DNA of 64,000 nucleotides, taken from assembly GCA_002269645.1 (NCBI GenBank), contig NIVC01001274.1, positions 124,001 through 188,000 on the forward strand. The letters are read 5' to 3'. The translations under genes were made by a program, and so were the position numbers. Positions 26,929-41,900 of this stretch are shown piece after piece. Each line of letters opens with the position of its first letter. Positions within the stretch are counted from its first letter, which is position 1. Under the pieces are notes generated by a model, which was not told where the DNA came from, made no database searches, and saw only the letters and a list, made by a program, of their open reading frames with translations. Source of the stretch: Macrostomum lignano (lineage: Eukaryota).

Positions 26929-29900
26929 TCAGTCTCCCCGCTGCTGCGAGTGCCGCCTCTTGTTAGCGCGCCGATTGACGGCCCGAGCAGCTCCCGAGCT
27001 GCCAGCCGCTTCTCCACCATCGCCGCCATCAGTCAGCAGCTGGTCGCCGCCGCCCAGTCGCTCGTGAATCCGATAGGACCGGCGGCCCAGCTCGGCGAAA
27101 TGCTTAGGAAATACGTACGGCAACATTCTGGCTAGACGCGGCAGCCGGTCTAGATCGCCGTTAGCCAGAGACGCGCACATGTGATCGTAGGCGAATCCAC
27201 AGCCGCTGGTTGCCTTGCCGTCGATCAGTTTGAGCACGGGCACAGAGCAGGTGTACCGAGTGCTGAAATGCGTCAGAATAGTCAGACCGGCTCGCATCGC
27301 GGCCGCCTGGCTCAGGGCCTGACCAACTGTGCTGTGCTTCTTGGCTCGGGCCTCCGACTCCAGCCCGTCCTGGATATTGGGATGGGGATTGGAGATTAGC
27401 ATCTTCGTTTGATCTGCCTCAGCAAGAGGGATTATAAGATATCTGTCTCTCTGCATCTTCAATCTCTATTTGTCTAATAGTCAATATCTCTTCTTTATGA
27501 AATCTAATCTCACTACAAATAATCTCACAGCATATATAATCTTAATGCATAGCTAATCTCACTGCATATCTAATCTCACTGCATAGCTAATCTCACTGCA
27601 TAGCTAATCTCACTGCATAGCTAATCTCACTGCATATCTAATCTCACTGCATATCTAATCTCACTGCATAGCTAATCTCACTGCATAGCTAATCTCACTG
27701 CATAGCTAATCTCACTGCATAGCTAATCTCACTGCATATCTAATCTCACTGCATAGCTAATCTCACTGCATGTCCAATCTCACAGCATATCTAATCTCAC
27801 TGCATGTCCAATCTCACTGCATATCTAATCTCACTGCATGACTAATCTCACTGCATTACTAATCTCACAGCATATCTAATCTCACTGCATAGCTAATCTC
27901 ACTGCATATCCAATCTCACAGCATATCTAATCTTAGTGCATATCTAATCTCACTGCATAGCTAATCTCACTGCATAGCTAATCTCACTGAATATCTAATC
28001 TCACTGCATAGCTAATCTCACTGCATATCTAATCTCACTGCATAGCTAATCTCACTGCATTTCTAATCTCACTGCATATCTAATCTCACTGCATATCTAA
28101 TCTCACTGCATAGCTAATCTCACTGCATATCTAATCTCACTGCATATCTAATCTCACTGCATATCTAATCTCACTGCATATCTAATCTTACTGCATATCT
28201 AATCTTAATGTATATCTAATCTCACAGCATATCTAATCTCACTGCATGTCCAATCTCACTGCATATCTAATCTCACAGCATATCTAATCTCACTGCATAG
28301 CTAATCTCACTGCATAGCTAATCTCACTGCATAGCTAATCTCACTGCATAGCTAATCTCACTGCATAGCTAATCTCACTGCATGTCCAATCTCACAGCAT
28401 ATCTAATCTCACTGCATGTCCAATCTCACTGCATATCTAATCTCACAGCATATCTAATCTCACTGCATAGCTAATCTCACTGCATAGCTAATCTCACTGC
28501 ATAGCTAATCTCACTGCATAGCTAATCTCACTGCATAGCTAATCTCACTGCATGTCCAATCTCACAGCATATCTAATCTCACTGCATGTCCAATCTCACT
28601 GCATATCCAATCTCACAGCATATCTAATCTCACTGCATATCCAATCTCACAGCATATCTAATCTCACTGCATGTCGAATCTCACTGCATACCCAATCTTA
28701 CTGTATATCTAATCTTAGTGCAAATCTTATCTAACAGAAAATCTGATGTCATTGCAATTCTTATCTCACCGCATATCTAATCTCACAGCACATCTAATCT
28801 CACTACAAATCGTATCTCTGCATATCTAATCATTCTCCAATTTTCTATCGATCTCTAACCTACCGCTATTCTGTTTCTCCGCATCTGCTCACCTGAAAGG
28901 TAGCCTCGTGTATAAGCAAGTCGCAGTCCATGCCGCCCTCAACCAGATTAGCGCAGGGCACGGTGTCCCCGCTGTACACGATTTTCCAGTCTTTGTGGTC
29001 GGACTTGCCACCGCCGCGAATTGCAAATCCGGCCGCTACTTTTGTGGAATGCTCGACTCGAATTGCCGTCAGCTGCGGTGAGATATGGGGGCAGGGCAAC
29101 GCTTCGATTAGAGTTTACTAACGATTCTTGGAGTGGATTAACTCACGATTCTTGGAGTGGAATAACTCACGATTCTTAGAGTGGATTAACTCACGATTCT
29201 TGGAGAGTGGATTAACTCACTATTCTTAGAGTGGATTAACTCACGATTCTTGGAGAGTGGATTAACTCACTATTCTTAGAGTGGATTAACTCACGATTCT
29301 TGGAGTGGATTAACTCACGATTCTTGGAGTGGAATAACTCACGATTCTTAGAGTGGATTAACTCACGATTCTTGGAGAGTGGATTAACTCACTATTCTCG
29401 GAGTGGATGACCTCACGATTCTTAGAGTGGATTAACTCACGATTCTTGGAGTGGATTAACTCACGATTCTTGGAGTGGATTAACTCACGATTCTTAGAGT
29501 GGATTAACTCACGATTCTTTGAGTGGATTAACTCACGATTCTTGGAGTGGATTACCTCACGATTCTTGGAGTGGATTAACTCACGATTCTTGGAGTGGAT
29601 TAACTCACGATTCTTGGAGTGGATTAACTCACGATTCTTGGAGTGGATTAACTCACGATTCTTGGAGTGGATTAACTCACGATTCTTAGAGAGTGGATTA
29701 ACTCACGATTCTTGGAGAGTGGATTAACTCACGATTCTTGGAGAGTGGATTAACTCACGATTCTTGGAGTGGATTAACTCACGATTCTTGGAGTGGATTA
29801 ACTCACGATTCTTGGAGTGGATTAACTCACGATTCTTAGAGAGTGGATTAACTCACGATTCTTGGAGTGGATTAACTCACGATTCTTAGAGAGTGGATTA

Positions 29901-32900
29901 ACTCACGATTCTTGGAGTGGATTAACTCACGATTCTTGGAGTGGATCAACTCACGATTCTTAGAGTGGATTAACTCACGATTCTTGGAGAGTGGATTAAC
30001 TCACGATTCTTGGAGTGGATTAACTCACGATTCTTGGAGTGGATCAACTCACGATTCTTAGAGAGTGGATTAACTCACGATTCTTAGAGAGTGGATTAAC
30101 TCACGATTCTTAGAGTGGATTAACTCACGATTCTTGGAGTGGATTAACTCACGATTCTTAGAAAGTGGATTAACTCACGATTCTTAGAGAGTGGATTAAC
30201 TCACGATTCTTGGAGAGTGGATTAACTCACGATTCTTAGAGTGGATTAACTCACGATTCTTGGAGTGGATTAACTCACGATTCTTGGAGTGGATTAACTC
30301 ACGATTCTTAGAGAGTGGATTAACTCACGATTCTTGGAGTGGATTAACTCACGATTCTTAGAGAGTGGATTAACTCACGATTCTTGGAGAGTGGATTAAC
30401 TCACGATTCTTAGAGTGGATTAACTCACGATTCTTGGAGTGGATTAACTCACGATTCTTAGAGAGTGGATTAACTCACGATTCTTGGAGAGTGGATTAAC
30501 TCACGATTCTTGGAGTGGATTAACTCACGATTCTTAGAGAGTGGATTAACTCACGATTCTTGGAGTGGATTAACTCACGATTCTTATAGAGTGGATTAAC
30601 TCACGATTCTTGGAGAGTGGATTAACTCACGATTCTTAGAGAGTGGATTAACTCACGATTCTTGGAGTGGATTAACTCACGATTCTTAGAGAGTGGATTA
30701 ACTCACGATTCTTGGAGAGTGGATTAACTCACGATTCTTAGAGTGGATTAACTCACGATTCTTGGAGTGGATTAACTCACGATTCTTGGAGTGGATCAAC
30801 TCACGATTCTTAGAGTGGATTAACTCACGATTCTTGGAGAGTGGATTAACTCACGATTCTTGGAGTGGATTAACTCACGATTCTTGGAGTGGATTAACTC
30901 ACGATTCTTAGAGAGTGGATCAACTCACGATTCTTAGAGAGTGGATTAACTCACGATTCTTAGAGAGTGGATTAACTCACGATTCTTAGAGTGGATTAAC
31001 TCACGATTCTTGGAGAGTGGATTAACTCACGATTCTTGGAGTGGATTAACTCACGATTCTTAGAGTGGATTAACTCACGATTCTTGGAGAGTGGATTAAC
31101 TCACGATTCTTGGAGTGGATTAACTCACGATTCTTGGAGTGGATTAACTCACGATTCTTAGAGTGGATTAACTCACGATTCTTGGAGTGGATTAACTCAC
31201 GATTCTTAGAGTGGATTAACTCACGATTCTTGGAGTGGATTAACTCACGATTCTTGGAGTGGATTAACTCACGATTCTTGGAGTGGATTAACTCACGATT
31301 CTTAGAGAGTGGATTAACTCACGATTCTTAGAGAGTGGATTAACTCACGATTCTTAGAGAGTGGATTAACTCACGATTCTTAGAGTGGATTAACTCACGA
31401 TTCTTGGAGAGTGGATTAACTCACGATTCTTGGAGTGGATCAACTCACGATTCTTAGAGTGGATTAACTCACGATTCTTGGAGTGGATTAACTCACGATT
31501 CTTGGAGTGGATTAACTCACGATTCTTGGAGTGGATTAACTCACGATTCTTAGAGTGGATTAACTCACGATTCTTGGAGTGGATTAACTCACGATTCTTA
31601 GAGTGGATTAACTCACGATTCTTGGAGAGTGGATTAACTCACGATTCTTGGAGTGGATTAACTCACGATTCTTAGAGAGTGGATTAACTCACGATTCTTA
31701 GAGAGTGGATCAACTCACGATTCTTAGAGAGTGGATTAACTCACGATTCTTGGAGTGGATTAACTCACGATTCTTAGAGAGTGGATTAACTCACGATTCT
31801 TGGAGTGGATTAACTCACGATTCTTGGAGTGGATCAACTCACGATTCTTAGAGTGGATTAACTCACGATTCTTGGAGAGTGGATTAACTCACGATTCTTG
31901 GAGTGGATTAACTCACGATTCTTGGAGTGGATTAACTCACGATTCTTAGAGTGGATTAACTCACGATTCTTAGAGAGTGGATTAACTCACGATTCTTGGA
32001 GTGGATTAACTCACGATTCTTAGAGAGTGGATTAACTCACGATTCTTGGAGTGGATTAACTCACGATTCTTAGAGTGGATTAACTCACGATTCTTGGAGT
32101 GGATTAACTCACGATTCTTGGAGTGGATTAACTCACGATTCTTAGAGAGTGGATTAACTCACGATTCTTGGAGTGGATTAACTCACGATTCTTAGAGAGT
32201 GGATTAACTCACGATTCTTGGAGTGGATTAACTCACGATTCTTAGAGTGGATTAACTCACGATTCTTGGAGTGGATTAACTCACGATTCTTGGAGTGGAT
32301 TAACTCACGATTCTTAGAGAGTGGATTAACTCACGATTCTTAGAGAGTGGATTAACTCACGATTCTTGGAGAGTGGATTAACTCACGATTCTTGGAGAGT
32401 GGATTAACTCACGATTCTTAGAGTGGATTAACTCACGATTCTTGGAGTGGATTAACTCACGATTCTTAGAGAGTGGATTAACTCACGATTCTTGGAGTGG
32501 ATTAACTCACGATTCTTAGAGAGTGGATTAACTCACGATTCTTGGAGTGGATTAACTCACGATTCTTGGAGTGGATTAACTCACGATTCTTGGAGTGGAT
32601 TAACTCACGATTCTTAGAGAGTGGATTAACTCACGATTCTTGGAGTGGATTAACTCACGATTCTTGGAGTGGATTAACTCACGATTCTTAGAGTGGATTA
32701 ACTCACGATTCTTGGAGTGGATTAACTCACGATTCTTGGAGTGGATTAACTCACGATTCTTAGAGTGGATTAACTCACGATTCTTGGAGAGTGGATTAAC
32801 TCACGATTCTTGGAGTGGATTAACTCACGATTCTTGGAGTGGATTAACTCACGATTCTTAGAGAGTGGATCAACTCACGATTCTTAGAGAGTGGATTAAC

Positions 32901-35900
32901 TCACGATTCTTAGAGAGTGGATTAACTTACGATTCTTAGAGTGGATTAACTCACGATTCTTGGAGAGTGGATTAACTCACGATTCTTAGAGTGGATTAAC
33001 TCACGATTCTTGGAGTGGATTAACTCACGATTCTTGGAGTGGATTAACTCACGATTCTTAGAGAGTGGATTAACTCACGATTCTTGGAGTGGATTAACTC
33101 ACGATTCTTAGAGAGTGGATTAACTCACGATTCTTGGAGAGTGGATTAACTCACGATTCTTAGAGTGGATTAACTCACGATTCTTGGAGTGGATTAACTC
33201 ACGATTCTTGGAGAGTGGATTAACTCACGATTCTTAGAGAGTGGATTAACTCACGATTCTTGGAGTGGATTAACTCACGATTCTTAGAGAGTGGATTAAC
33301 TCACGATTCTTAAAGTGGATTAACTCACGATTCTTGGAGTGGATTAACTCACGATTCTTAGAGTGGATTAACTCACGATTCTTGGAGTGGATTAACTCAC
33401 GATTCTTGGAGTGGATTAACTCACGATTCTTAGAGAGTGGATTAACTCACGATTCTTGGAGTGGATTAACTCACGATTCTTGGAGAGTGGATTAACTCAC
33501 GATTCTTGGAGAGTGGATTAACTCACGATTCTTTGAGTGGATTAACTCACGATTCTTGGAGAGTGGATTAACTCACGATTCTTAGAGTGGATTAACTCAC
33601 GATTCTTGGAGTGGATTAACTCACGATTCTTAGAGTGGATTAACTCACGATTCTTGGAGTGGATTAACTCACGATTCTTGGAGTGGATTAACTCACGATT
33701 CTTAGAGTGGATTAACTCACGATTCTTGGAGTGGATTAACTCACGATTCTTGGAGTGGATTAACTCACGATTCTTGGAGTGGATTAACTCACGATTCTTA
33801 GAGAGTGGATTAACTCACGATTCTTAGAGAGTGGATTAACTCACGATTCTTAGAGAGTGGATTAACTTACGATTCTTAGAGTGGATTAACTCACGATTCT
33901 TGGAGAGTGGATTAACTCACGATTCTTAGAGTGGATTAACTCACGATTCTTGGAGTGGATTAACTCACGATTCTTGGAGTGGATTAACTCACGATTCTTA
34001 GAGAGTGGATTAACTCACGATTCTTGGAGTGGATTAACTCACGATTCTTAGAGAGTGGATTAACTCACGATTCTTGGAGTGGATTAACTCACGATTCTTA
34101 GAGTGGATTAACTCACGATTCTTGGAGTGGATTAACTCACGATTCTTGGAGTGGATTAACTCACGATTCTTAGAGAGTGGATTAACTCACGATTCTTGGA
34201 GTGGATTAACTCACGATTCTTAGAGAGTGGATTAACTCACGATTCTTGGAGAGTGGATTAACTCACGATTCTTGGAGTGGATTAACTCACGATTCTTAGA
34301 GTGGATTAACTCACGATTCTTGGAGTGGATTAACTCACGATTCTTGGAGTGGATTAACTCACGATTCTTAGAGAGTGGATTAACTCACGATTCTTGGAGT
34401 GGATTAACTCACGATTCTTGGAGTGGATTAACTCACGATTCTTAGAGTGGATTAACTCACGATTCTTGGAGTGGATTAACTCACGATTCTTGGAGTGGAT
34501 TAACTCACGATTCTTGGAGTGGATTAACTCACGATTCTTAGAGTGGATTAACTCACGATTCTTGGAGTGGATTAACTCACGATTCTTAGAGTGGATTAAC
34601 TCACGATTCTTGGAGTGGATTAACTCACGATTCTTGGAGTGGATTAACTCACGATTCTTGGAGTGGATTAACTCACGATTCTTAGAGAGTGGATTAACTC
34701 ACGATTCTTAGAGAGTGGATTAACTCACGATTCTTGAGAGTGGATTAACTCACGATTCTTAGAGTGGATTAACTCACGATTCTTGGAGAGTGGATTAACT
34801 CACGATTCTTGGAGTGGATTAACTCACGATTCTTAGAGTGGATTAACTCACGATTCTTGGAGTGGATTAACTCACGATTCTTGGAGTGGATTAACTCACG
34901 ATTCTTGGAGTGGATTAACTCACGATTCTTAGAGTGGATTAACTCACGATTCTTGGAGTGGATTAACTCACGATTCTTAGAGTGGATTAACTCACGATTC
35001 TTGGAGAGTGGATTAACTCACGATTCTTGGAGTGGATTAACTCACGATTCTTAGAGAGTGGATTAACTCACGATTCTTAGAGAGTGGATTAACTCACGAT
35101 TCTTAGAGAGTGGATTAACTCACGATTCTTGGAGTGGATTAACTCACGATTCTTAGAGAGTGGATTAACTCACGATTCTTGGAGTGGATTAACTCACGAT
35201 TCTTGGAGTGGATTAACTCACGATTCTTAGAGTGGATTAACTCACGATTCTTGGAGTGGATTAACTCACGATTCTTGGAGTGGATTAACTCACGATTCTT
35301 GGAGTGGATTAACTCACGATTCTTAGAGTGGATTAACTCACGATTCTTAGAGAGTGGATTAACTCACGATTCTTGGAGTGGATTAACTCACGATTCTTAG
35401 AGAGTGGATTAACTCACGATTCTTGGAGTGGATTAACTCACGATTCTTAGAGTGGATTAACTCACGATTCTTGGAGTGGATTAACTCACGATTCTTGGAG
35501 TGGATTAACTCACGATTCTTAGAGAGTGGATTAACTCACGATTCTTGGAGTGGATTAACTCACGATTCTTAGAGAGTGGATTAACTCACGATTCTTGGAG
35601 TGGATTAACTCACGATTCTTAGAGTGGATTAACTCACGATTCTTGGAGTGGATTAACTCACGATTCTTGGAGTGGATTAACTCACGATTCTTAGAGAGTG
35701 GATTAACTCACGATTCTTAGAGAGTGGATTAACTCACGATTCTTGGAGAGTGGATTAACTCACGATTCTTGGAGTGGATTAACTCACGATTCTTAGAGTG
35801 GATTAACTCACGATTCTTGGAGTGGATTAACTCACGATTCTTAGAGAGTGGATTAACTCACGATTCTTGGAGTGGATTAACTCACGATTCTTAGAGAGTG

Positions 35901-38900
35901 GATTAACTCACGATTCTTGGAGTGGATTAACTCACGATTCTTGGAGTGGATTAACTCACGATTCTTGAGAGTGGATTAACTCACGATTCTTAGAGAGTGG
36001 ATTAACTCACGATTCTTAGAGAGTGGATTAACTCACGATTCTTAGAGTGGATTAACTCACGATTCTTAGAGTGGATTAACTCACGATTCTTGGAGAGTGG
36101 ATTAACTCACGATTCTTAGAGTGGATTAACTCACGATTCTTGAGAGTGGATTAACTCACGATTCTTGGAGTGGATTAACTCACGATTCTTAGAGAGTGGA
36201 TTAACTCACGATTCTTGGAGTGGATTAACTCACGATTCTTAGAGAGTGGATTAACTCACGATTCTTGAGAGTGGATTAACTCACGATTCTTAGAGTGGAT
36301 TAACTCACGATTCTTGGAGTGGATTAACTCACGATTCTTGGAGTGGATTAACTCACGATTCTTAGAGAGTGGATTAACTCACGATTCTTGGAGTGGATTA
36401 ACTCACGATTCTTAGAGAGTGGATTAACTCACGATTCTTAAAGTGGATTAACTCACGATTCTTGGAGTGGATTAACTCACGATTCTTAGAGTGGATTAAC
36501 TCACGATTCTTGGAGTGGATTAACTCACGATTCTTGGAGTGGATTAACTCACGATTCTTGAGAGTGGATTAACTCACGATTCTTGGAGTGGATTAACTCA
36601 CGATTCTTGAGAGTGGATTAACTCACGATTCTTGGAGAGTGGATTAACTCACGATTCTTGAGTGGATTAACTCACGATTCTTGGAGTGGATTAACTCACG
36701 ATTCTTAGAGTGGATTAACTCACGATTCTTGGAGTGGATTAACTCACGATTCTTAGAGTGGATTAACTCACGATTCTTGGAGTGGATTAACTCACGATTC
36801 TTGGAGTGGATTAACTCACGATTCTTAGAGTGGATTAACTCACGATTCTTGGAGAGTGGATTAACTCACGATTCTTGGAGTGGATTAACTCACGATTCTT
36901 AGAGAGTGGATTAACTCACGATTCTTAGAGAGTGGATTAACTCACGATTCTTAGAGAGTGGATTAACTCACGATTCTTGAGAGTGGATTAACTCACGATT
37001 CTTAGAGTGGATTAACTCACGATTCTTGGAGTGGATTAACTCACGATTCTTAGGAGTGGATTAACTCACGATTCTTGAGAGTGGATTAACTCACGATTCT
37101 TGGAGTGGATTAACTCACGATTCTTAGAGAGTGGATTAACTCACGATTCTTGGAGTGGATTAACTCACGATTCTTAGAGAGTGGATTAACTCACGATTCT
37201 TGAGAGTGGATTAACTCACGATTCTTAGAGTGGATTAACTCACGATTCTTGGAGTGGATTAACTCACGATTCTTGGAGTGGATTAACTCACGATTCTTAG
37301 AGAGTGGATTAACTCACGATTCTTGGAGTGGATTAACTCACGATTCTTAGAGAGTGGATTAACTCACGATTCTTAGAGTGGATTAACTCACGATTCTTAG
37401 AGTGGATTAACTCACGATTCTTGGAGTGGATTAACTCACGATTCTTGGAGTGGATTAACTCACGATTCTTAGAGAGTGGATTAACTCACGATTCTTGAGA
37501 GTGGATTAACTCACGATTCTTAGAGAGTGGATTAACTCACGATTCTTAGAGAGTGGATTAACTCACGATTCTTAGAGAGTGGATTAACTCACGATTCTTA
37601 GAGAGTGGATTAACTCACGATTCTTAGAGAGTGGATTAACTCACGATTCTTAGAGTGGATTAACTCACGATTCTTAGAGTGGATTAACTCACGATTCTTG
37701 AGAGTGGATTAACTCACGATTCTTAGAGAGTGGATTAACTCACGATTCTTGAGTGGATTAACTCACGATTCTTGGAGTGGATTAACTCACGATTCTTGGA
37801 GTGGATTAACTCACGATTCTTGGAGTGGATTAACTCACGATTCTTAGAGAGTGGATTAACTCACGATTCTTGGAGTGGATTAACTCACGATTCTTAGAGA
37901 GTGGATTAACTCACGATTCTTGGAGAGTGGATTAACTCACGATTCTTGGAGTGGATTAACTCACGATTCTTGGAGTGGATTAACTCACGATTCTTGGAGT
38001 GGATTAACTCACGATTCTTGGAGAGTGGATTAACTCACGATTCTTGGAGAGTGGATTAACTCACGATTCTTGGAGTGGATTAACTCACGATTCTTGGAGT
38101 GGATTAACTCACGATTCTTAGAGAGTGGATTAACTCACGATTCTTGAGAGTGGATTAACTCACGATTCTTGAGAGTGGATTAACTCACGATTCTTGGAGT
38201 GGATTAACTCACGATTCTTGGAGTGGATTAACTCACGATTCTTGGAGAGTGGATTAACTCACGATTCTTGAGAGTGGATTAACTCACGATTCTTGAGAGT
38301 GGATTAACTCACGATTCTTAGAGAGTGGATTAACTCACGATTCTTGAGAGTGGATTAACTCACGATTCTTGAGAGTGGATTAACTCACGATTCTTGGAGT
38401 GGATTAACTCACGATTCTTGGAGAGTGGATTAACTCACGATTCTTGGAGAGTGGATTAACTCACGATTCTTGGAGAGTGGATTAACTCACGATTCTTGGA
38501 GAGTGGATTAACTCACGATTCTTAGAGTGGATTAACTCACGATTCTTAGAGTGGATTAACTCACGATTCTTAGAGTGGATTAACTCACGATTCTTGAGAG
38601 TGGATTAACTCACGATTCTTAGAGTGGATTAACTCACGATTCTTGAGTGGATTAACTCACGATTCTTGGAGTGGATTAACTCACGATTCTTGGAGTGGAT
38701 TAACTCACGATTCTTGGAGTGGATTAACTCACGATTCTTAGAGAGTGGATTAACTCACGATTCTTGGAGTGGATTAACTCACGATTCTTAGAGTGGATTA
38801 ACTCACGATTCTTGGAGTGGATTAACTCACGATTCTTGGAGTGGATTAACTCACGATTCTCATAGTAGTAACTGGATCGTTTATCAACAAACCTTGTTTA

Positions 38901-41900
38901 ATCCCAGCACGTTTTTGACGAATTTCTCGAAACGAGCCCGAGTCTGCGCAGCGACTTCTGCGTGCAGAGTGACGCCCCAAAATGTTTCTAGCCAGAATAA
39001 TCTAGAAAGTTGGAGAAATTATGTTAAATTTCGATACATATCGCTGCAAAGAAACATATAATAAACAGATTATATCTTAAACAGATGCACATTATTAATT
39101 TTCAATACATATCGGCAAAACAAAGTCGATTTTGAACGACTGGAAATCAACTTCGGGAATGTAATAAAGGTTTGTTTAAATCCTTAAAAACTTAATTTCG
39201 ATACATATCGGATGTTTTTTGTGAAAAAAACAATGCCTAATACGTGGACTCACTGGAGATCCTTCGCCTCAGCTACGTCGCTCATTCCGTCTTCACCGCT
39301 GTGCTGCGAAAAGAATTCCAACCAGCGATTGAATCCGCGCGGACCAATAAAAGCGCAGGGCGACGGCGATTGGCCAGATTCGGCGAAAGCTCGATGTCGA
39401 GCTTTCAATAGGCAGAATATGCCCTGTTGAGAGGATGAGAGAGGTACATATCAGGTAAATGCTATTTTTTGCAGGTAATGTATGAGATTTGAGGAGCGGA
39501 TTATAAGGGAGGGCGGATTAGAGGGGCCGATTATAATGGGGGAGGGCGGATGATGGGAGAGGCCGGATTTGAGGAGCGGATTTAAAGGGCGGATTATAAG
39601 AGCGGATCATGGAGGGCGGATTTGAGGGGTGGATTATGGAGAGGACGAATTAGAGGGGCGGATTATGGGGGAGGGTGGATCATAGAGGGCGGATTTGAGG
39701 GGCGGATTATCGGGGAGGGCGGATTTGAGGAGCCAATTTTTTAGCGGATATAACAAATTTCGTGACGACTTTGACGTGGAGGGGGACAGATTGAAAGAGC
39801 GATCGATATTCGTAGGTAGACCGGAGTCGAAAAGGCGGAGACCAAGAGGTATGCTATATTAAAAAGCCACACAAATAATAATTCTTACACTCTGATGATC
39901 CAAATGCATATGAGACACACAGATAGCTTTGATAGATTTCAGCACCCTCTGACAGTCGGCTTCTCCGTAAAAGTTCATCAGTTGCAGAAGGGTGCCCTCG
40001 CCGCAGTCTAATAGAATCTTGGTGGTCTCGCTGAAATATGAGCATAGATATCCGATGCATCGTGTGCATGGCAGACGAGGAAGTCATGACCTGTACTATA
40101 CCTCCTGTGCGCCAGTTAGCTAACCCATTTATCTACCAATCCGCCTACCTAAACTGTTTATCTACCAATCCGCCTACCTACCTGTCTATTCACCAATTTG
40201 ATACCTACCTGCTTATCTACCAATCTGCCTACCTACCTGCCTGTTTATCTACCAATCTGCCTACCTACCTGTTTATCTACCAATCCGCCTACCTACCTGT
40301 TTATCTACCAATCCGCCTACCTAACTGTTTATCTACCAATCCGCCTACCTACCTGTCTATTCACCAATTTGATACCTACCTGCTTATCTACCAATCTGCC
40401 TACCTACCTGCCTGTTTATCTACCAATCTGCCTACCTACCTGCTTATCTACCAATCTGCCTACCTACCTGCCTGTTTATCTACCAATCTGCCTACCTACC
40501 TGTTTATCTACCAATCCGCCTACCTACCTGTCTATTCACCAATTTGATACCTACCTGCTTATCTACCAATCTGCCTACCTACCTGCCTGTTTATCTACCA
40601 ATCTGCCTACCTACCTGCTTATCTACCAATCTGCCTACCTACCTGCCTGTTTATCTACCAATCTGCCTACCTACCTGTTTATCTACCAATCTGCCTACCT
40701 ACCTGTTTATCTACCAATCTGCCTACCTAACTGCCTGTTTATCTACCAATCCGCCTACCTACCTGTCTATTCACCAATTTGATACCTACCTGCTTATCTA
40801 CCAATCTGCCTACCTACCTGTTTATCTACCAATCTGCCTACCTACCTGTTTATCTACCAATCTGCCTACCTACCTGTTTATCTACCAATCTGCCTACCTG
40901 CCTGTTTATCTACCAATCTGCCTACCTACCTGTTTATCTACTAATCTGCCCACCTAGCAATTTATCTACTAATCTGGCTCTATCTGTTTATCTACCCGTT
41001 AACACTTCAATAAACAATCAAACTATTTTAACCCTACCTGACGTGCAGCAAAATGGCCGAGACATTCCTATACTTGGACGGATTAGAAGAAGCTGTGCCG
41101 ATGAACTGCAGCCAAGGATAGCATCTGGTGGTAGCGTCACTGTCATCCCTGACTCCGTAATCCGCCTTGAACTCTAACAATTTCTCGTTAAACTCCTGCC
41201 TAGTGATGTGAATTTCGTTATCCTCGAATATCTTCTCTCGCATTGCCGCTTCGGTGAATGCCAAGCATTTTGCCGAACTGTTTGCGGTTGCTATGGCAAC
41301 TGCGGTGGCAATGTTGCGATCGACGCTGGTAGATTGGTAATTGAAGCCGATTGGCGGCCGAATCAGGTATTCCTGAGGGCGGAGTTGGGAATTCACGTCT
41401 GTCAGATGGGGATCCAAGCTTAAATCTCGATAACATCAAAACTTGATAATATGGTCTAAAAATCAAGTGTTTCTTTATAAGTTCGAATCTTTACAGATTT
41501 GAATCTTCACAGTTTAGAATCTTCACAGGTTAGAATCTTCACAGGTTTGAATCTTCACAAGCTCAAATCTTCACAGGTTAGAATCTTCACAAATTTGAAT
41601 ATTCACATGTTTGAATCTTTACAAGTTCGAATCTTCACAAGTGTGAATCTTCACAAACTCGACTTTTTCACAGGTTCGAATCTTCACAAACTCGACTTTT
41701 TTCACAAGTGTGAATCTTCACAAACTCGACTTTTTTCACAAGTGTGAATCTTCACAAACTCGACTTTTTCACAGGTTTGAATCTTTACAAACTCGAATCT
41801 TCACAGGTTTGAATCTTCGCAAGTTTGAATCTTCACAAATTAGAATCTCTACAAGCTCGAATCTTCAGAAATTCGAATTTTTACAGGTTCGAATCTTCAC

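Noticed and set aside
29121-38860. CRISPR-like array or repeated [10 protein letters not shown] ORFs
   Set aside because: Units are head-to-tail with no unique spacers, there are no cas genes, and the array lies in a spliceosomal intron. The ORFs are repeat artefacts.
39889-39925. ELAC2 metal-binding motif SHMHLDHQ as a sign of an inactive enzyme
   Set aside because: All HxHxDH ligands are present; only variable positions differ.
41373-41417. N-terminal part of ORF 41034-41417 as coding
   Set aside because: Phase analysis places the acceptor at CCCTCAG (41373-41374), so this part is intronic.
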